A stretch of 64,000 bases of DNA, from contig MU058065.1 in the NCBI GenBank assembly GCA_013265495.1, positions 6,510,302 to 6,574,301 on the forward strand. The letters are read 5' to 3'. Shown here one piece after another: positions 10,834 through 25,100 of this stretch (position 1 is the first letter of the stretch; each line of letters begins with the position of its first letter). The translations under genes and the position numbers were made by a program. Below the pieces are notes generated by a model. That model did not search any database. It was given only the letters and a program-made list of their open reading frames with translations, and was not told the origin of the DNA. The stretch is from Vicugna vicugna (lineage: Eukaryota).

Positions 10834-11057
10834 GGGGAAGAAGAACATGGAGGTATAAAATAAGACAGAGAACAAGATGATAGAAGTTAGAATAAAAAAT
10901 ATGAAGGGTGTAATATTCCATAGTAAGAGACAAAACTTTCAGAAAATGTTACCAAAAAAAAAAAAAGTATATGCTATTTCTAAGAGTCATGTCTCCAAAA
11001 TGTGGTACTAAAATGTTTAAAGTTACAGGAGGATATCTGGATGTGGAAGGACTCCAA

Positions 11058-13060
11058 TTTCATTCTTATTCAAGATTGCTTTGCCTATTTTGGCACTTTC
11101 TATTTTCATGCAAATTTCAGAATCAGCTTGTCTATTTTCACAATAATAATCTTGCTGGAATTTTACTTAGAATTGAGTTTCACCAGCAGATCAATTTGAG
11201 AGAATTAGCACCCTTATGGTATTATTTTCCAATCCATGGAGAGGATATATATATCACCTGTGTCGGTCTTTTTTTTTTTTAAACAATTAAGATATTACAG
11301 TTTTTTCTTTATTTTCAAAATGTACTCATTTATGTTACTGCCAGATCATAAAGTCATCCCTGAAATTTCATCAGGCTTAAAAATGTTTCTCAACTCATGT
11401 TATCTTATATAAAATTTAAAAGAAATAAAGCTAAGTTATTGCAAAATTTTCATAGTGTGATTTCCAAGTAGCTGAGAACATAAGCAATTTTTCACTTTGC
11501 TTCCAAGATAGAAGATAACTTACACCAAAAAAAAAAAAATTAGGTGAATTGACTATTCATGACTTGATCACACATCTATGTTGTTGTTTAAATTTCAAGA
11601 ATGTTTCATTTTCAACGTTAAGTTTCTGCATATATTTTGATGTATCTATTTCGAGCTGTTTGATTTATTATGCTTTTTTAGACAACATATTTTTGAAATT
11701 TCACTATTTACTGTTGTATTTAGAAAAACATAATTGATTTTTTTGTAATTGACTGTATTCTGTGACCTTGCTAAATTCACTTAATTCTTTAGAGTTTGTA
11801 CATCCTTTTGGAAAATCTGCATACACAATCCTGTTGTCAGCACACTTTTTTGTTTTTTCCTTTATAATCATATTTTCTTGGTTTATCACACTGGCTAGGA
11901 CCAGTATGATGATAAATGGAGGGACAGTGGCTATCCTTCTCTCATTCCTAATCTCATGGAGAGTGATTTCAATATTTTATCATTGAGAGGTTTACCACAG
12001 GGTTTCTATTAGATTAAGGACATACCCTTCTATTCCTTGTTTTCAAAGTTTTCTCTTTATATCATGAACAGGTATTAAATTTTAGTATTCTTTCCCATTT
12101 CTACCTAGATGATTGTGATTTTTCTTATACGTTGGTGAATCACATTCATTTTCAAATGCTGAATCAGTCTTGTATTTTTGCAGTAAACCCAAAATACATC
12201 TGGTTATTTTTATAATTGCTAGCTTTGACTTGTCTTAGAATTTTACATTTACATTTATGGGAGAGGTTAGCCCCTGGTTCTCCTTTCTTGATATCCTTAA
12301 AAGGTTTTGGTGGCTGAATTATACTGCTTCAAAAGTAAATTGGGATCTGTTCCCTTTTTTTAAGTCTCTGGAAGTTTATCAGATTGGTGACTAAAAGACG
12401 AGTGACATCCCTTTTTTTCATTTCTAACGTTGATTTTTTTTCCCCCTGGTCAGTCTGCTATATGTTTTACTGGTGTTTTTGAGGGAATGACTTTTGCCTT
12501 CATTGATTTTTATTGTACATTTGTTTTCTACTTCCCTGCCTTTTTTCCTGCATTCTTCCTTTTACTTTTTGAACTTGCTATTCTTTCCCAGTTTGATACA
12601 AAAACTTAGATCACTCACTTCAGCCTTTCTTTTGTAATGTGTGAATTTAAGGTTATATAGTCTTTTTTTTTTCATATAGTCTTTTAAAGCAGTGCTTTAC
12701 CTGTATACCATGGGTTTTGATATGGCATGTCTTCATTACCACTCAATTGAAATATTTTTTCTAATTTTCCTTTGTGATTTCTTCTGTGACCAGTGACTTT
12801 ATAAACTGTACTGCCTGTTTTATAAACTTAAGGACTTTCCCGTTTCCTTTTTCCTAGCTTAATCCCATTGGGTTTAGAGAACATTTTATTATTATTATAT
12901 TATTATTATTGTAAATTTCTTGAGTCCAGCTATGATCAATTTTGGTAAAAGCTTTTGGTGCAACTAAAAATATGTATACTGTTGGTTTAGAGTTACAGTG
13001 CTGTATGTATATAAATTAAGCTAAGTTTGTCAATTGTGTTGTTCAATTTACCTGTTACAT
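11058..13060 (-). mobile_element. Old L1 (L1M-type) ORF2 fragments
   Basis: T-rich antisense L1 motifs such as AATTTCAGAATCAGCTTGTC, GACCTTGCTAAATTCACT and CCTTCTATTCCT. Confidence 0.75.
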
Positions 13061-13819
13061 CTGCTTTTGAAATAAATGCATTAAAATATTTTTTAAATTA
13101 AATTCTGTAACATTTAGGAAAGAAAAATCTCATTTCATTCTATGGTTTCCTATTTCAAATGTTTTCATTGGGCTTTGGGTAGCAATAACTTTGTATATCT
13201 CCCTCCCCCTATCCCCTACACTTTCCCAGCCTTTGAGCAATAGTGAGCAAGAGAATCATTTTATAGACAGTAAGGATGTCTCTCCTTGCCCTGTTCCACC
13301 ACTGAAACAGTCAAAGGTTCCCTGAAGCCTTGGAAAAAAAGAAGCTGGAAGCACAGGTTGGCTCTGTCCCATTGAGAGCCAGGAAGAGGGATGGAAACAA
13401 CTCTGGAGATGTGCTTTAAGTCTTGAACCCCAAAAGGAAATGAATATTAAAGTCTGTGGTAAGATGTTTCAAGCATTACATCTTCATTTATATGTCTCTC
13501 CCACACCAGTACTAAATTCTTGCCACTAAGGCAAGGAGTAAGGTTCTGTCCCAACAAGAGATACTGTATCCAAAAAAAAAAGGCACCATCCCAGCCTCCC
13601 AAACAGCTTTTACACATCAGTAAGACTCTCTCAAAGGACCTATCCGCGAAGGGACCATCACTGCCCTCTTGCTAGGGCAGTGTGTGCGTGTAGGTGGACA
13701 GAGGTAGAGAGCCAGGGTTGCCAAGGATCATCTGACCAAAGTGCCTAGGTATGTCTATACTAACAAAATAAAATCTCTAGTTTAAAGGAAAAATTATTGC
13801 TATAAAAACAGAAGCATGT

Positions 13820-13825
13820 TTTATT
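13820..13825 (-). terminator. CNOT9: Candidate distal polyadenylation signal of CNOT9
   Basis: AATAAA on the minus strand about 2.1 kb after the stop, with U-rich sequence downstream; the intervening DNA is largely repeat-free. Confidence 0.5.
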
Positions 13826-15357
13826 TTAATCCTGTTGAGGGAGAGGGATGGAAAACACAAAATGAGGGGAAGGGGTCTCTTTATACACACAAGACATTAG
13901 GACCAACTACAAGGAACAATATCCATTTCCACTCCTCCCCCCAACTCCTATGTGGGGTCAAGGCCAGCTGAGAATAGATGGAACAAGAATTAAGACACTA
14001 TTGGCACAGGAACATGGCCAATACACCAAAAGATGGAGAAGAGAATTTCTCAGGGAGCAAGGCCCTGGGCCTCAGCTGCTTTCCCAGTGGAGGGGGAATG
14101 AGAAAACTTTGGCTCAGCAGGAAGGTGGTTGGCAAAAATCAGGGTTACCGTACCTGGACTCTCCAGATCATAAACTATGGGTTGAAGAGAGTCAAGACGT
14201 TTATCCAGTCCATGCTGTTCTCTGCTTTCTCCAAGACCTCTTCTCTTCAGGCTTGAGATTACTGAGAGCTGGTCTGGTTTTCCTCTTCATTTTGGAAAGC
14301 AGGGGAGTAAGTGCTTATTCTACCTTTCCTACATCTAGGCTACTTAATTACTACTTTTTGGCTCTCAAGAGACAGAAGTCAACTAACAAGGCCAGCTCCC
14401 TTTGTGAAAGTCGGCTTGAAAGAGCCCTTGGGTTGGCAAAACTGACTCTGCAAGTTTCTCTGAGACTGCCCCTTATAGACCCCAAACGTGTTCAGAGACA
14501 CTTTCAATTGTACATGAGATATGGACAGAAATACTTGGTTTCTCTCTACTTGGGCTAATAATCCCATCTTTGGTTGGAGATGGGGTTTAGAGAGAGAGAG
14601 CAGATGATGGCAGAGGGAAGAATTAGGGGAAAGCAAGGCAGTTTACACTGAGTTACAGATTAAAGCCTCTGAATTGTGATAGAGTCATCTAAAGCTCCAG
14701 AGAAGGAAGGGGGATTCTCTGACACAATATGAAGAAGTGGAAAATAGTTTAGTGGCAACCCTGTAATTCCCATAGACCAAAAGGGAATGCATCCCAAAAA
14801 AAAAAAAAAAAAAAAAAAAGGGAAAAAGACTGAGTGAATGAGCAGAGTCCAGCCTTCTATCTTAAATCTGAATAAAATTAACCCATTCATCTAATACTGC
14901 TTCAAGTACAATCATGAAGACAGATGGAGCTGCAGCAATTCACACTAAAGCAAAGAATGGGATCAAGTAGCCTGTCATTTTAATCTCAGGCACCTCCCTT
15001 TTAAAAGTCACCCAGAAAATATCCTTGAGGACTTAAAGATGAGGTCCACTGTCATTTCCCCTCCAATACAATACCCTTCCAGGACAGCCTGATGAATTAA
15101 GACCTCTATTGTAAGTTTAATAGGCGGGAAGTGAAGACGGAAAAGCACTGAGATTTGGAAAAGCTAGCAGCTAAAGCTAGAAACAAGGTTAAGGTCCTTG
15201 TGGCATCCAGAACTGGGGGTAGAATGGGAAAGGCAGGGAAATTGGTGGTGGCTTCCTGCTGTCCTTTGGCTTTATATCCTTCCCCTGCCTCCCATTCCTC
15301 CCAACAGCTCATGTAGCTATTGGCCTGCTAGAGGGGATGTAATGCCCAGACCAACTT

Positions 15358-15363
15358 TTTATT
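15358..15363 (-). terminator. CNOT9: Candidate proximal polyadenylation signal of CNOT9
   Basis: AATAAA on the minus strand about 580 nt after the stop codon. Confidence 0.4.
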
Positions 15364-15943
15364 GAGCTTATGCAGCTAACAGACTTGTAAACAGTGCCAG
15401 TTGACAAAGTTTTGCTGAATATTACAGCCTGTGTCCACTAAACACACCTCTCTCTGAGATTAAAAACAAAAAACCAAAGTAAACAAATACTGAGAGAGAG
15501 AATGAAGAGACACATCTTGAGTCTTCCAGGAAGGCAAAATAGGAAAACGCCACATGGCTTGGTCCCAGGCGTTCACCATGCCTAGAGTGCTGCTGTCACC
15601 AGTCTTCCCTCCTGCCAGCGGCTGGGGAGAGGTGAGGGGGAAGGGTCATCTTAGGCATGCTGCAAATACAGCATTTGCTGGTGTTGACATCCTCCTGGGC
15701 TGTGGTGGCAGACCGCTGTGTCAGGAGCCATTTCCTGGGAGTAGCAGAGGGAGCCCAGGTCCTCAAGGCAGCCTGAGATGGCAGCTTACACACCTCAGCG
15801 GGGGTACCTTGCCCCTTTTCTCCAGTGCAGTTCAGCATTGAGGTTGTCTATTCCCGGTTGGTGATAAAACCTGAGCTGTTTTCCTTGCAGGATCCCCCTC
15901 CCTTCCCCAGCTTGGGGGACTAGTGGGAGGGGACAGGGGAGGA

Positions 15944-16112
15944 TCACTGAGGGGGTAGGGGGATACCCCGGGGATCGGTGACCTGGCCCTCTTGCAGGTT
16001 CTTCACCAGTTGTGCAAGCCAGCGTTTCGTGGTGGTGTCATCTTTTAGCACCTGGGCGAAGGTCGTGTCCTTCAGCTGGTCAGGGAGGCACTGCCTGAGT
16101 GCTTCACGTGCC
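15944..16112 (-). CDS. CNOT9: CNOT9 exon 8 coding part, to the TGA stop
   Basis: 169 nt, [55 protein letters not shown]. Confidence 0.96.
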
Positions 16113-19100
16113 CTACATCAGAAACAAACACACCAACCAGGGAGACCAACAAATAAACCCACATTTGGGGGGCAGGGAAGAGTCTCTTTCTTAGACATAA
16201 ATATATAGACCCCTGGGAATCTATGGCCCTGCCAAGATACTTTAAGAAGCCATAAAAATTCCTTAAAGCTTGTATTAAGCACAGGTTCAGAGATCTCCAA
16301 GATCTGTTGTCTGCAAACATTTTCAGAATGATGCCCCAATGTAGAATTTTGTGACAAAGCAAATGGAATAAAATGGTGCAACAGTTTACTTCAGTTCAAA
16401 CTGCTGATTTATAACAGTAAATATTGTCAAAATACTCATGTTAGAAATATATGGGTGATAATAAAGGAAATTTCCAAAATCAGTACATTAACAAAATCCG
16501 TACATACAGGGGATATGACCTGACTCACAGTACAATAAATTAATGAACTTTAATTCTAAACTGATAAAATTTGTGTCTTTCCAAAAACGGCTTCAGTTTA
16601 ATAGTTAAAATCCTTAATAAAAAAAGGGGGGTGGAGGGGAGGGGATAGCTCAGTGGTAGAGTACCTGCCTAGCATGCACAAGGTCCTGGGTTCAATCCCC
16701 AGTACCTCTACTTAAAAAACAAGTCAATAAAAAAGACGGGGTAGTGAGGAGGGTACAGCACAGTGGTAGAATGTGTGCTTGGTATACACAAGGTCCTGGG
16801 TTCAATCCCCAGAGCCTCTGTTAAGAAAAAAACCAAACCAAACCAAACCAAATCAAACCAAAACAAACAAATGAAAAACCCTTAATAAGAGATAAGCAGT
16901 AAAAACAAAACTATGGTAGCAATATTATCAGGTGAACTTTGAAATATTTTCTTTAAAAGAGAACCAGTAAAAGCCAAATCTGAAAACTTCAAAAAGGCCA
17001 TTTATAAGGCGGTTTTTAAAAAAATCTATGGCTTTTGTACTCAGACTAGCACAAGTTGAGTTTTAAACATAGTTTCAAACTTTGGTGAAACAGAAAACAC
17101 CAAAGAACAGGACAAAATGGTCAAAGAAACAGTGAGTGCTTAAATAATCTCATTGGCAGAAGGCGGAGTTCACATTAAACCAAGTTACCCTTATTCCTAG
17201 GAACACAGAAATCAACCCATTATGTGGTTTAGCAGAATGAGTAAGTGGCTTTCAGCATGAATTATGGATTCAGCATGAATTATGGATTCAAAAGGTCAAA
17301 AATTTCTAAACTGCGCCATATCTACAATGTATAATTTCTGGTAGGAAGATTATGAACACAGGGAGATAAAATAATTAGCTCAAGGACTTTACAGGAATCA
17401 AGAAGAGAACTGAAAAAATAATTTAAGAGCGCTCTGGGCCTGTTCCTTTTTAAAGAGATCTTCGAAGATTAATTTTTCTTTCTGATCACCTGAAGTAGCA
17501 ACAGAAAGCTCAAACCACAGGAGTAATGTATCATAAGATTCCTTGGGAACTGCCTGAACTCTCTGGAATTTTAGAGTAGGGTACAGAGTCCCAGTGGAAA
17601 GATAAAACTCTGACAGAATTTTAAATTCAGCACTTTAGATTTTACAAGGAATTAATCAAGTTCTCAGACAAACTAAATATAGTTTTATCCCTTCCCTGTC
17701 CTAAAGATATAAGAGCTATGCCATGAGAGGGGGCAACCACTCACCAGAGTATTTCCCCAAAGTCCTATAAATTCTGTAAATGTTTACCTGGGATTATCTG
17801 AGAGTCGGAGGTAACATCTTACTACATGCTTCAGCAGACGGGCGGAAGGCTCTTTGGATAGCTGCAGGACCATCTTACCCTGTTTCCCCCAAAAGAGGGT
17901 GGGGTGGGGAAAAACACACCAAACACAAAATAATTCTAGTTGACATCAGAGATCAGATATTGCAAAAATCGTTATACAAAGTTCCATGGTTGTTACTTCT
18001 AGTTGGAAGACTGAAGCCACTCAGTGTCGATTGCAAAGGGGTTGTGTGATCAGAAGTAGTTACAAAGGGGGTAGATTAAAGAACTCACCAAGATCATGGC
18101 AACGTGAGAGAAACGCTCATATGTCTGACATATATAAGCCAAACCAGTGTCATCTAAGAGGATCTTCTGAAGGATGAACGTGGCAACCTGGAGTAAAACA
18201 AAATTAAGGAGTCTAAAACATTGCTCAGATTTGCCTTCCAGCTGACTACTCATCTCCCAGAAACAACATGAAGCAGAAAACTAAGCAAAGATCCTGGGAT
18301 TATATATACCTTACTCAATGAGATATGCATAGTACAAAAAAAATTAATAAATATTACCATATTGAACACTTACTATGTGCCAGAATTTTTCCTAAAGCCA
18401 TAACACACATCTTATTTTCACAACAAACCTATGAGGTAGGTAGCATTGTTATTCTCATTTTACATAAAAGGGTAGATAATTACCAGATTCTTAAAAACTA
18501 GAGACTTTCTCAGTTATTAAATACCTACTATGTGCCAGGCACCACTGAAAATCAATAATTTGCCAGGTTAAGGTCCCAAGTGACAAAGCCACTAAATCAC
18601 AAAGCTATTAAGTCTAAATCTAGTTTGAATACAGAGCCTCTTTGATGTCCTAGATGTCCAAGATGATTTTAGAGCTTCAGCTATGCCTCAAATTCTTCCA
18701 AATGAGGTTAAGTAAAGCTTTTCCTATTCTTAAAAGATTTTTAAGAAAATAAGATTTTTAAGTCCCCCTTCAAAAATTGTTCCAACAGTAATAAAGTAAT
18801 AAACTCAATTTAAACTCATTAACTCTTACATAGAAGGGATTTAAAAAATACTAGTTTAACTCAAGTCAAATAATTATTATAATGTTTCTCTTCCTTAGCT
18901 GCTCATCAGAGCCAACTGTGGGAATTACTTATTTTATTTTACCATTTTACTGGGGTAAAACATTGTAGTTAGCTAAATAATGGTCCCTAAAGATACCCAG
19001 GTCCTAATCACCAAACCCTGGGGATGCTACCTTATGCAGCAAAAGGGACTTTGTAGATGTGATTAAGTTAAGAATTTTGGGGGGTGGGGTAGGGGGCAAT

Positions 19101-22100
19101 AATCATCCTGGATTATCCAGGTGGGCCCTAAACGTAATCATCATAAGTGTCCTTACAAGAAAGCAGTAGAGGGAGATTTGACCACAGAGAAGGTGATATT
19201 ATAGAAGCAGAGGGATTTGAACATGCTAGACTGCTGGCTTTGAAGACGGAGGATGGGGGAATGAGCCCAGAAATGGAATTCTAGAAGCTGGAAAAGGCAA
19301 GGAAAGGGATTCTCCTCTAGAGCTTCCAGAGGGAACATAGCCCTTACTGACACCCTGACTTCAGCTTGGTGAACTGATTAACAGTTTCTGGCTTCCAGAA
19401 CTGTAAGAGAATAAATCTGTGGTGTTTTAAACCATCAATCTTGTGGCAATCTGCCACAGCAGCAAAAGGAAACTAATACAAACATATACACAGTAAAATG
19501 TGCAAAGTGTACTAATCTTAAGTTTATCTTGATGAATTTTTACCTGTGTACCCATTTGTGAACCACAACCAAATTAAAATATAGAACATTTCCAATACCC
19601 CATAAGATTCCCACTTGCATTTCCCTAGTCAATAAATATCCTTCCTACTGGGTCACAGCAGCCTACCCTATGACCCAGCAGTCCTTTTGAATCTTACTTT
19701 TGAATACTTTTCTACCCAGCCTGCCAGTCTAGGTTCACTTTTTACGTATAATGCTTAGTCTAACATTTTGCCATAGTAGGCTCCCAGTAAAGTAGTGGTT
19801 CTCAATCAGAGCTGTGTGACATGATCACCTGTGAAATGTTTAAAAAATCCTGATGTCCATGTTCTGTCTCTGACCTACTGAACCATTCTCCAGGGTAATA
19901 AAGTCTGGACATTTGTAATGTTTAAAATAACTTATTTTGGAAAGCTGTTTGGTGGTATTCACTATAAACATAAAGTGTACATGATAAGGTGTCTGCTTGT
20001 ATGGAACAAAAGAAGAAAGACATACCAGGAACTGACTACTAACCATAAAAGGCAGGATAGGAGAAGTATTCTAGTTGAAGTGTGAAGGTCAATGGGAACC
20101 TCTACACATCAAGGATGAATCAATTCTAGTAATGGGCAAGGAATGTAAACAGAGGAGGGATCATTGGGATGGGGGTTCCTGGAACATGAAATGTCATAAA
20201 AGAGAAAGTGAGTCTTTTTCTGCCACAGCCTTATGGCTTCTTATAAAGCCAAACTTGAAAAACCTATCCATAGCCAGCTACTAATAAAAGACGACAGAAT
20301 ACAGTTTGCACCCATCCCAATTCTGTCCCAGAAATCCACTGAAATTAACAAAAAGAACTAAAATTAAGGAGGAAATGAACACAGGTCACATGCCACTTAT
20401 TCTTTTTGTGTTTAAGTAGAAAACTGAAGATCGAGGTATAAACCTCCCCTAGACAGGCAAGCTGTGTGGAAAAGTATTCAAAAGCAAAATACTTGACTTA
20501 AAAGCTGCCAACTTCAGTTCATGACATCTCTCCTTCCATTCATTATTTTTAAACAAACGGAGATCTTAGAATGATTCCCACAGGGAAAATTTTGTAGAGA
20601 CATATCCTAAGAAGGGGTTACAGTTATCTACATTTTCCAGGGAAATGAAGAATACATGGACTTTAAAAAAACATTTAAAAAAAATCCAAAGATAAAAAAA
20701 TTCAAAGAAGAGCTGAAAAAACATGAGAAGTGAGAGGGCAGAGACTAGAGGAAAAAAATTAATATAAAATTAAACTGCTACATCTATACATAGAATATTT
20801 CTAGAAAGATTCTGTAAGAAAGTGGTCATATTGGTCACTACTAGGGAGAAGAACTGAGAGTCTGAGGTAGGAGACTTACATTTATTTGTATACCCATTTA
20901 TATTAGCATTTGAATTTTTTATTTGTATTGGGCATTCAAAATAAAAATTTTTATATCATTACATGTGCTTACATCCAACTCAGCAATAAATACTTACTGA
21001 ATTAAAAATGAAAGTGACTAGTCTAGTTAATGTAACTAGACATACTTTAGAAGCAGAGGTTAGATATTGCTAAAAATAGCAACATGGAAAAGTATCCTTG
21101 AGAAAAATCACATGATATGAAATTAAAGATAGAAAGTAATTAGAGACAGAAAAAAGATACATATATAAAAATAGACTATATAGCATAACTGATGTTGCTG
21201 GAGAGGTCAGAACAAATTAAAGGGAAAACTATAAAAATTAACAAAAAGGAGACGCAAGGAGTAGGCTCTTTCAGAAAAAAACTCTGATACAAGGTTATCA
21301 AATGAGGAAGGCAGGGTAGAATGAGTGTCCAGCACGCACAAGGTCCTGGGTTCAAACCCCAGTACCTCCATTAAAAATAAATAAAAATAGAAAAACCGAA
21401 TTACCCCCTCCCCCCCAAGAAAAATAATAATAAAAAAATTATCAAATGAACTTAAAAATAATAAAGAAGCTTAAAATATCCACACAGAAAAGGCAAGTTC
21501 ACCAAGAAAATAAAAAAATTAGGCTGACCCAAGATTTCACTACAACATTCAATACCAGGAGACAACAGGGCTATGGCAACTGAGTTCTGAGAGGAAAAAA
21601 TGAGATGAGAATTTTATACTCAGCCATGTCATTCATGGTTAAAGCAAGCAAAGTAGGCAGAAGCTCAAATATATATACACTTAATTATGCATTAAAAATG
21701 TCTGGAATAATATACTTTTGACTGAGAAGTGGGTTCAGAGAAAAGGGAGAAATTTAGTGTTTATTTATTTATTTTTTTTAACATTTTTTATTGATTTATA
21801 ATCATTTTACAATGTTGTGTCAAATTCCAGTGTTCAGCACAATTTTCCAGTCATTCATGGACATATACACACTCATTGTCACATTTTTTTCTCTGTGATT
21901 TATCATAACATTTTGTGTATATTTCCCTGTGCTATACAGTGTAATCTTGTTTATCTATTCTACAATTTTGAAATCCCAGTCTATCCCTTCCCACCCTCTA
22001 CTCCCCTGGTAACCACAAGTCTGTATTCTCTGTCCATGAGTCTATTTCTGTCCTGTATTTATGCTTTGTTTTTGTTTGTTTTTGTTTTTTAGATTCTACA

Positions 22101-25100
22101 TATGAGCGATCTCATATGGTATTTTTCTTTCTCTTTCTGGCTTACTTCACTTAGAATGACATTCTCTAGGAGCATCCATGTTGCTGCAAATGGCATTATG
22201 TTGTCGGTTTTTATGGCTGAGTAGTATTCCATTGTATAAATATACCACATCTTCTTTATCCAGTCACCTGTTGATGGACATTTAGGCTGTTTCCATGTTT
22301 TGGCTATTGTAAATAGTGCTGCTATGAACATTGGGGTGCAGGTGTCATCCTGAAGTAGATTTCCTTCTGGGTACAAGCCCAGGAGTGGGATTCCTGGGTC
22401 ATATGGTAAGTCTATTCCTAGTCTTTTGAGGAATCTCCACACTGTTTTCCATAGTGGCTGCACCAAACTGCATTCCCACCAGCAGTGTAGGAGGGTTCCC
22501 CTTTCTCCACAGCCTCTCCAGCATTTGTCATTTGTGGATTTTTGAATGACGGCCATTCTGACTGGTGTGAGGTGATACCTCTTTAGTGTTTATTTTGATA
22601 TTCTTCTGAAGAGTGTGGGTTTTTAAATCATCATTATATAACAATTTTTATTCGAAAGAGAAAAAATATTCATCAAAGTTTCAAAAAACTTGAAGGGAAG
22701 CAGAAAATGATCCCACAACCATAAAGAAGTAGCCTAAGAGTCAACACAATATAGAATCTAATTAACATATAAAAGCACATACCGTTTTAGAAAGTTCACT
22801 GCCAGATTCCATAATGCGCAAACACAAAGGGATAATTTCTGTTGTCAATAAAAAGTTGATTACTTCCTGTTCATCTGTTTTCACCAGGGCCCCTAAAGAA
22901 AATATGGACAAACGAAATTATTTCAGAGTCAGGATTTCTAATTAAACTTGTTCATCCAGCTACTTGTGGAACTTAAATAACATACAACACCAATGGTGGT
23001 TTATATGTCAGAGAATCAGATTCATATCTTTCTTTAAAAAAAAAAGGGAAGAAGAAAAAAGGCACAGGCTAACTGTTATCTGTAACACTTAAAGATCAGG
23101 CACCAAGTTTGGTCCATCATACAGTTAGCATCAGTTAAACTTCTAGTGATGCTATCACTCTTGGTAGACAATTATACAGTAATATCACCATCTATTCTCC
23201 AAATATCTTAGGCAAGAGAGAAATCTACATCAGTAGCAGCAAAGAAATGACGTCAATTTGAATCGTACTTCACAATAGGCATAAACAAATATTACTTCCT
23301 GGTTATATAATTGCCCCTCTTTCCCTTCAAAGCATCAACATTGTAGGGTATACCTAAACAAGAAATACACACACACCAACACCTGGACTCTAATTCTGGT
23401 TCCACAACTAGTTTACCTAATTTGATAAAGTTATCTTCCCTTTGCAGGCCTCTGTTTCTTTAAAAAAGATTTGGAACAAATGAATTCTAAAATTTATCCC
23501 AGTTCTATTATTCTGTTGGTTTCTAAACTGACACTAGTGACCAGGTGACACAGTTCAGTGATACTGTCTCAATTCTGTATACAGGGAGGCAGAGTTCCAT
23601 TAAACAAATGACTGTTCCCTGAGCTGTCCAATGTATCACTAGCTTTTATATGAAAGGCCTTGGTTAACTGGATCTATAATAACTAAAGTCAATCATTTCA
23701 GGTGAGAGTAAGGAATATCATTTACTTTAACCAGAAATGACAATCTATAAATGCCTTATTGCTAAACCTCACAGCAAACAACACATGCTACACTAATATG
23801 GCCTAAAACAGATGTCAAATTATTACTTTACTTAGACTTAAGTCCCCCTCCCCTCACCACCCCTGCCTCTAGTAGCCACAAATCTGATCTCTTTTTCTAT
23901 GCCTCACTTAGATTTTTCACATATATAACCCATTTTGAGTTAATATCTGCATAGAGTACAAGGTACGGATTGTGGCTCATTGTTTTATATATTGATATCT
24001 AATTATTCCAGTACCATTTATTGAAAAGACTATCCTTTCTTCATTAAATTCTCTTTGCACCTTTGTCAAAAATCCGACTGACTATATTTGTGTGGGTCTA
24101 TCTCTGGACTCTCCATTCTGCCCTACTGATCTACAAGTCTGTCTTTCCCCCAGTATCACACTGTCTTGACTACTGTAGTTTTCCAGTAGGTCTAGAAATC
24201 AGGTAGTGTGTATCTTCCAACTTTATCCTTCTTTCCAAAAAATGGGTATTCTAGTTCATTTGCTTTCCCAGATAAATTCTAGGGACACCTTTTCAATTTC
24301 TATATATTTAAAAAAAAATCCTGCTGGGATTTTGTTAGAATTGCTCTAAGTTTACGTATCAGTTTGGGGAGAATGACATCAACAATACTGAATCAGTGAT
24401 ACACCAACTGATGAACATGGTATATCTCTGCATTTATTTAGGTCTTCTTTGACTACTTTTATCATTGTTTTAGTTTCCAGCAACAGATTTTACATGTATT
24501 TTATAAGATTTACACTCAAGTTTTTCATATGTTATGGTGAAATTTCAGTTTCTAAATGCTTATTGCTAGCACATAAAAATGACTGATTTTTGTATACTAA
24601 CTTTATATCCTGCAACCTTGTTAAATTCACTAGTTCTAAGAGTTTTCTGTAGATTCTCCAAGATTTTTCAAGGTAGTTAATCATATTGTCTGTGAATACA
24701 GTCTTAATTTTTCCTAATTTGTATGCCCTTTATTTATTTTTTTCTCTTGCTGTAATACACCAGCTAGGATATCTAGGATGAGACTGAGTAAGAATGGTGA
24801 GAATGAACATCCTTGCCTTGTTCTCAATCTTAGTGGACAATTTACAGTTTTTCATATTAACTATGATCTTAACCGTAGGGTTGTTTTTGTTTTCTAATTT
24901 ACCAGGTTGAGAAAGTTCCCCTCTATTCCTACTTTGCTAGAGTTTCTATCATGAATGGATATTGAATTCTCTCAAAGGCTTTTTTTAAACTACAGAAATG
25001 ATCATATGATTTTTTTTCTTTAGTCTGTTGATATGGTCAATCATAATGACAGTTTTGAAAACTGAACCAGCGTGCATTCCTGGGATAAACTCCACTTGGT

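Noticed and set aside
10588..10933. ORFs with LVLVLV or GFGFGF runs
   Set aside because: Produced by the (AAAACC)n microsatellite.
13950..14558. 202-aa plus-strand ORF
   Set aside because: It lies antisense within the probable CNOT9 3'UTR, has no recognisable domain and no exon or promoter context; most likely a chance ORF.
16113..16220. Possible in-frame 5' extension of CNOT9 exon 8 from upstream AGs
   Set aside because: The AG at 16213-16214 adds 100 nt (frameshift) and the AG at 16221-16222 adds 108 nt containing an in-frame TGA.
16630..16710. tRNA-like sequence with A and B boxes
   Set aside because: It has an A-rich tail, a TSD and several diverged copies in the window, so it is a SINE and not a tRNA gene.
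17270..17290. Short tandem duplications here and near 29320, 45737 and 61800 as possible arrays
   Set aside because: Only two copies each and no spacers; ordinary slippage duplications, and CRISPR does not apply to a mammalian genome.
22089..22556. 155-aa ORF as a host gene
   Set aside because: It is the C-terminus of L1 ORF2 in a 5'-truncated insertion.
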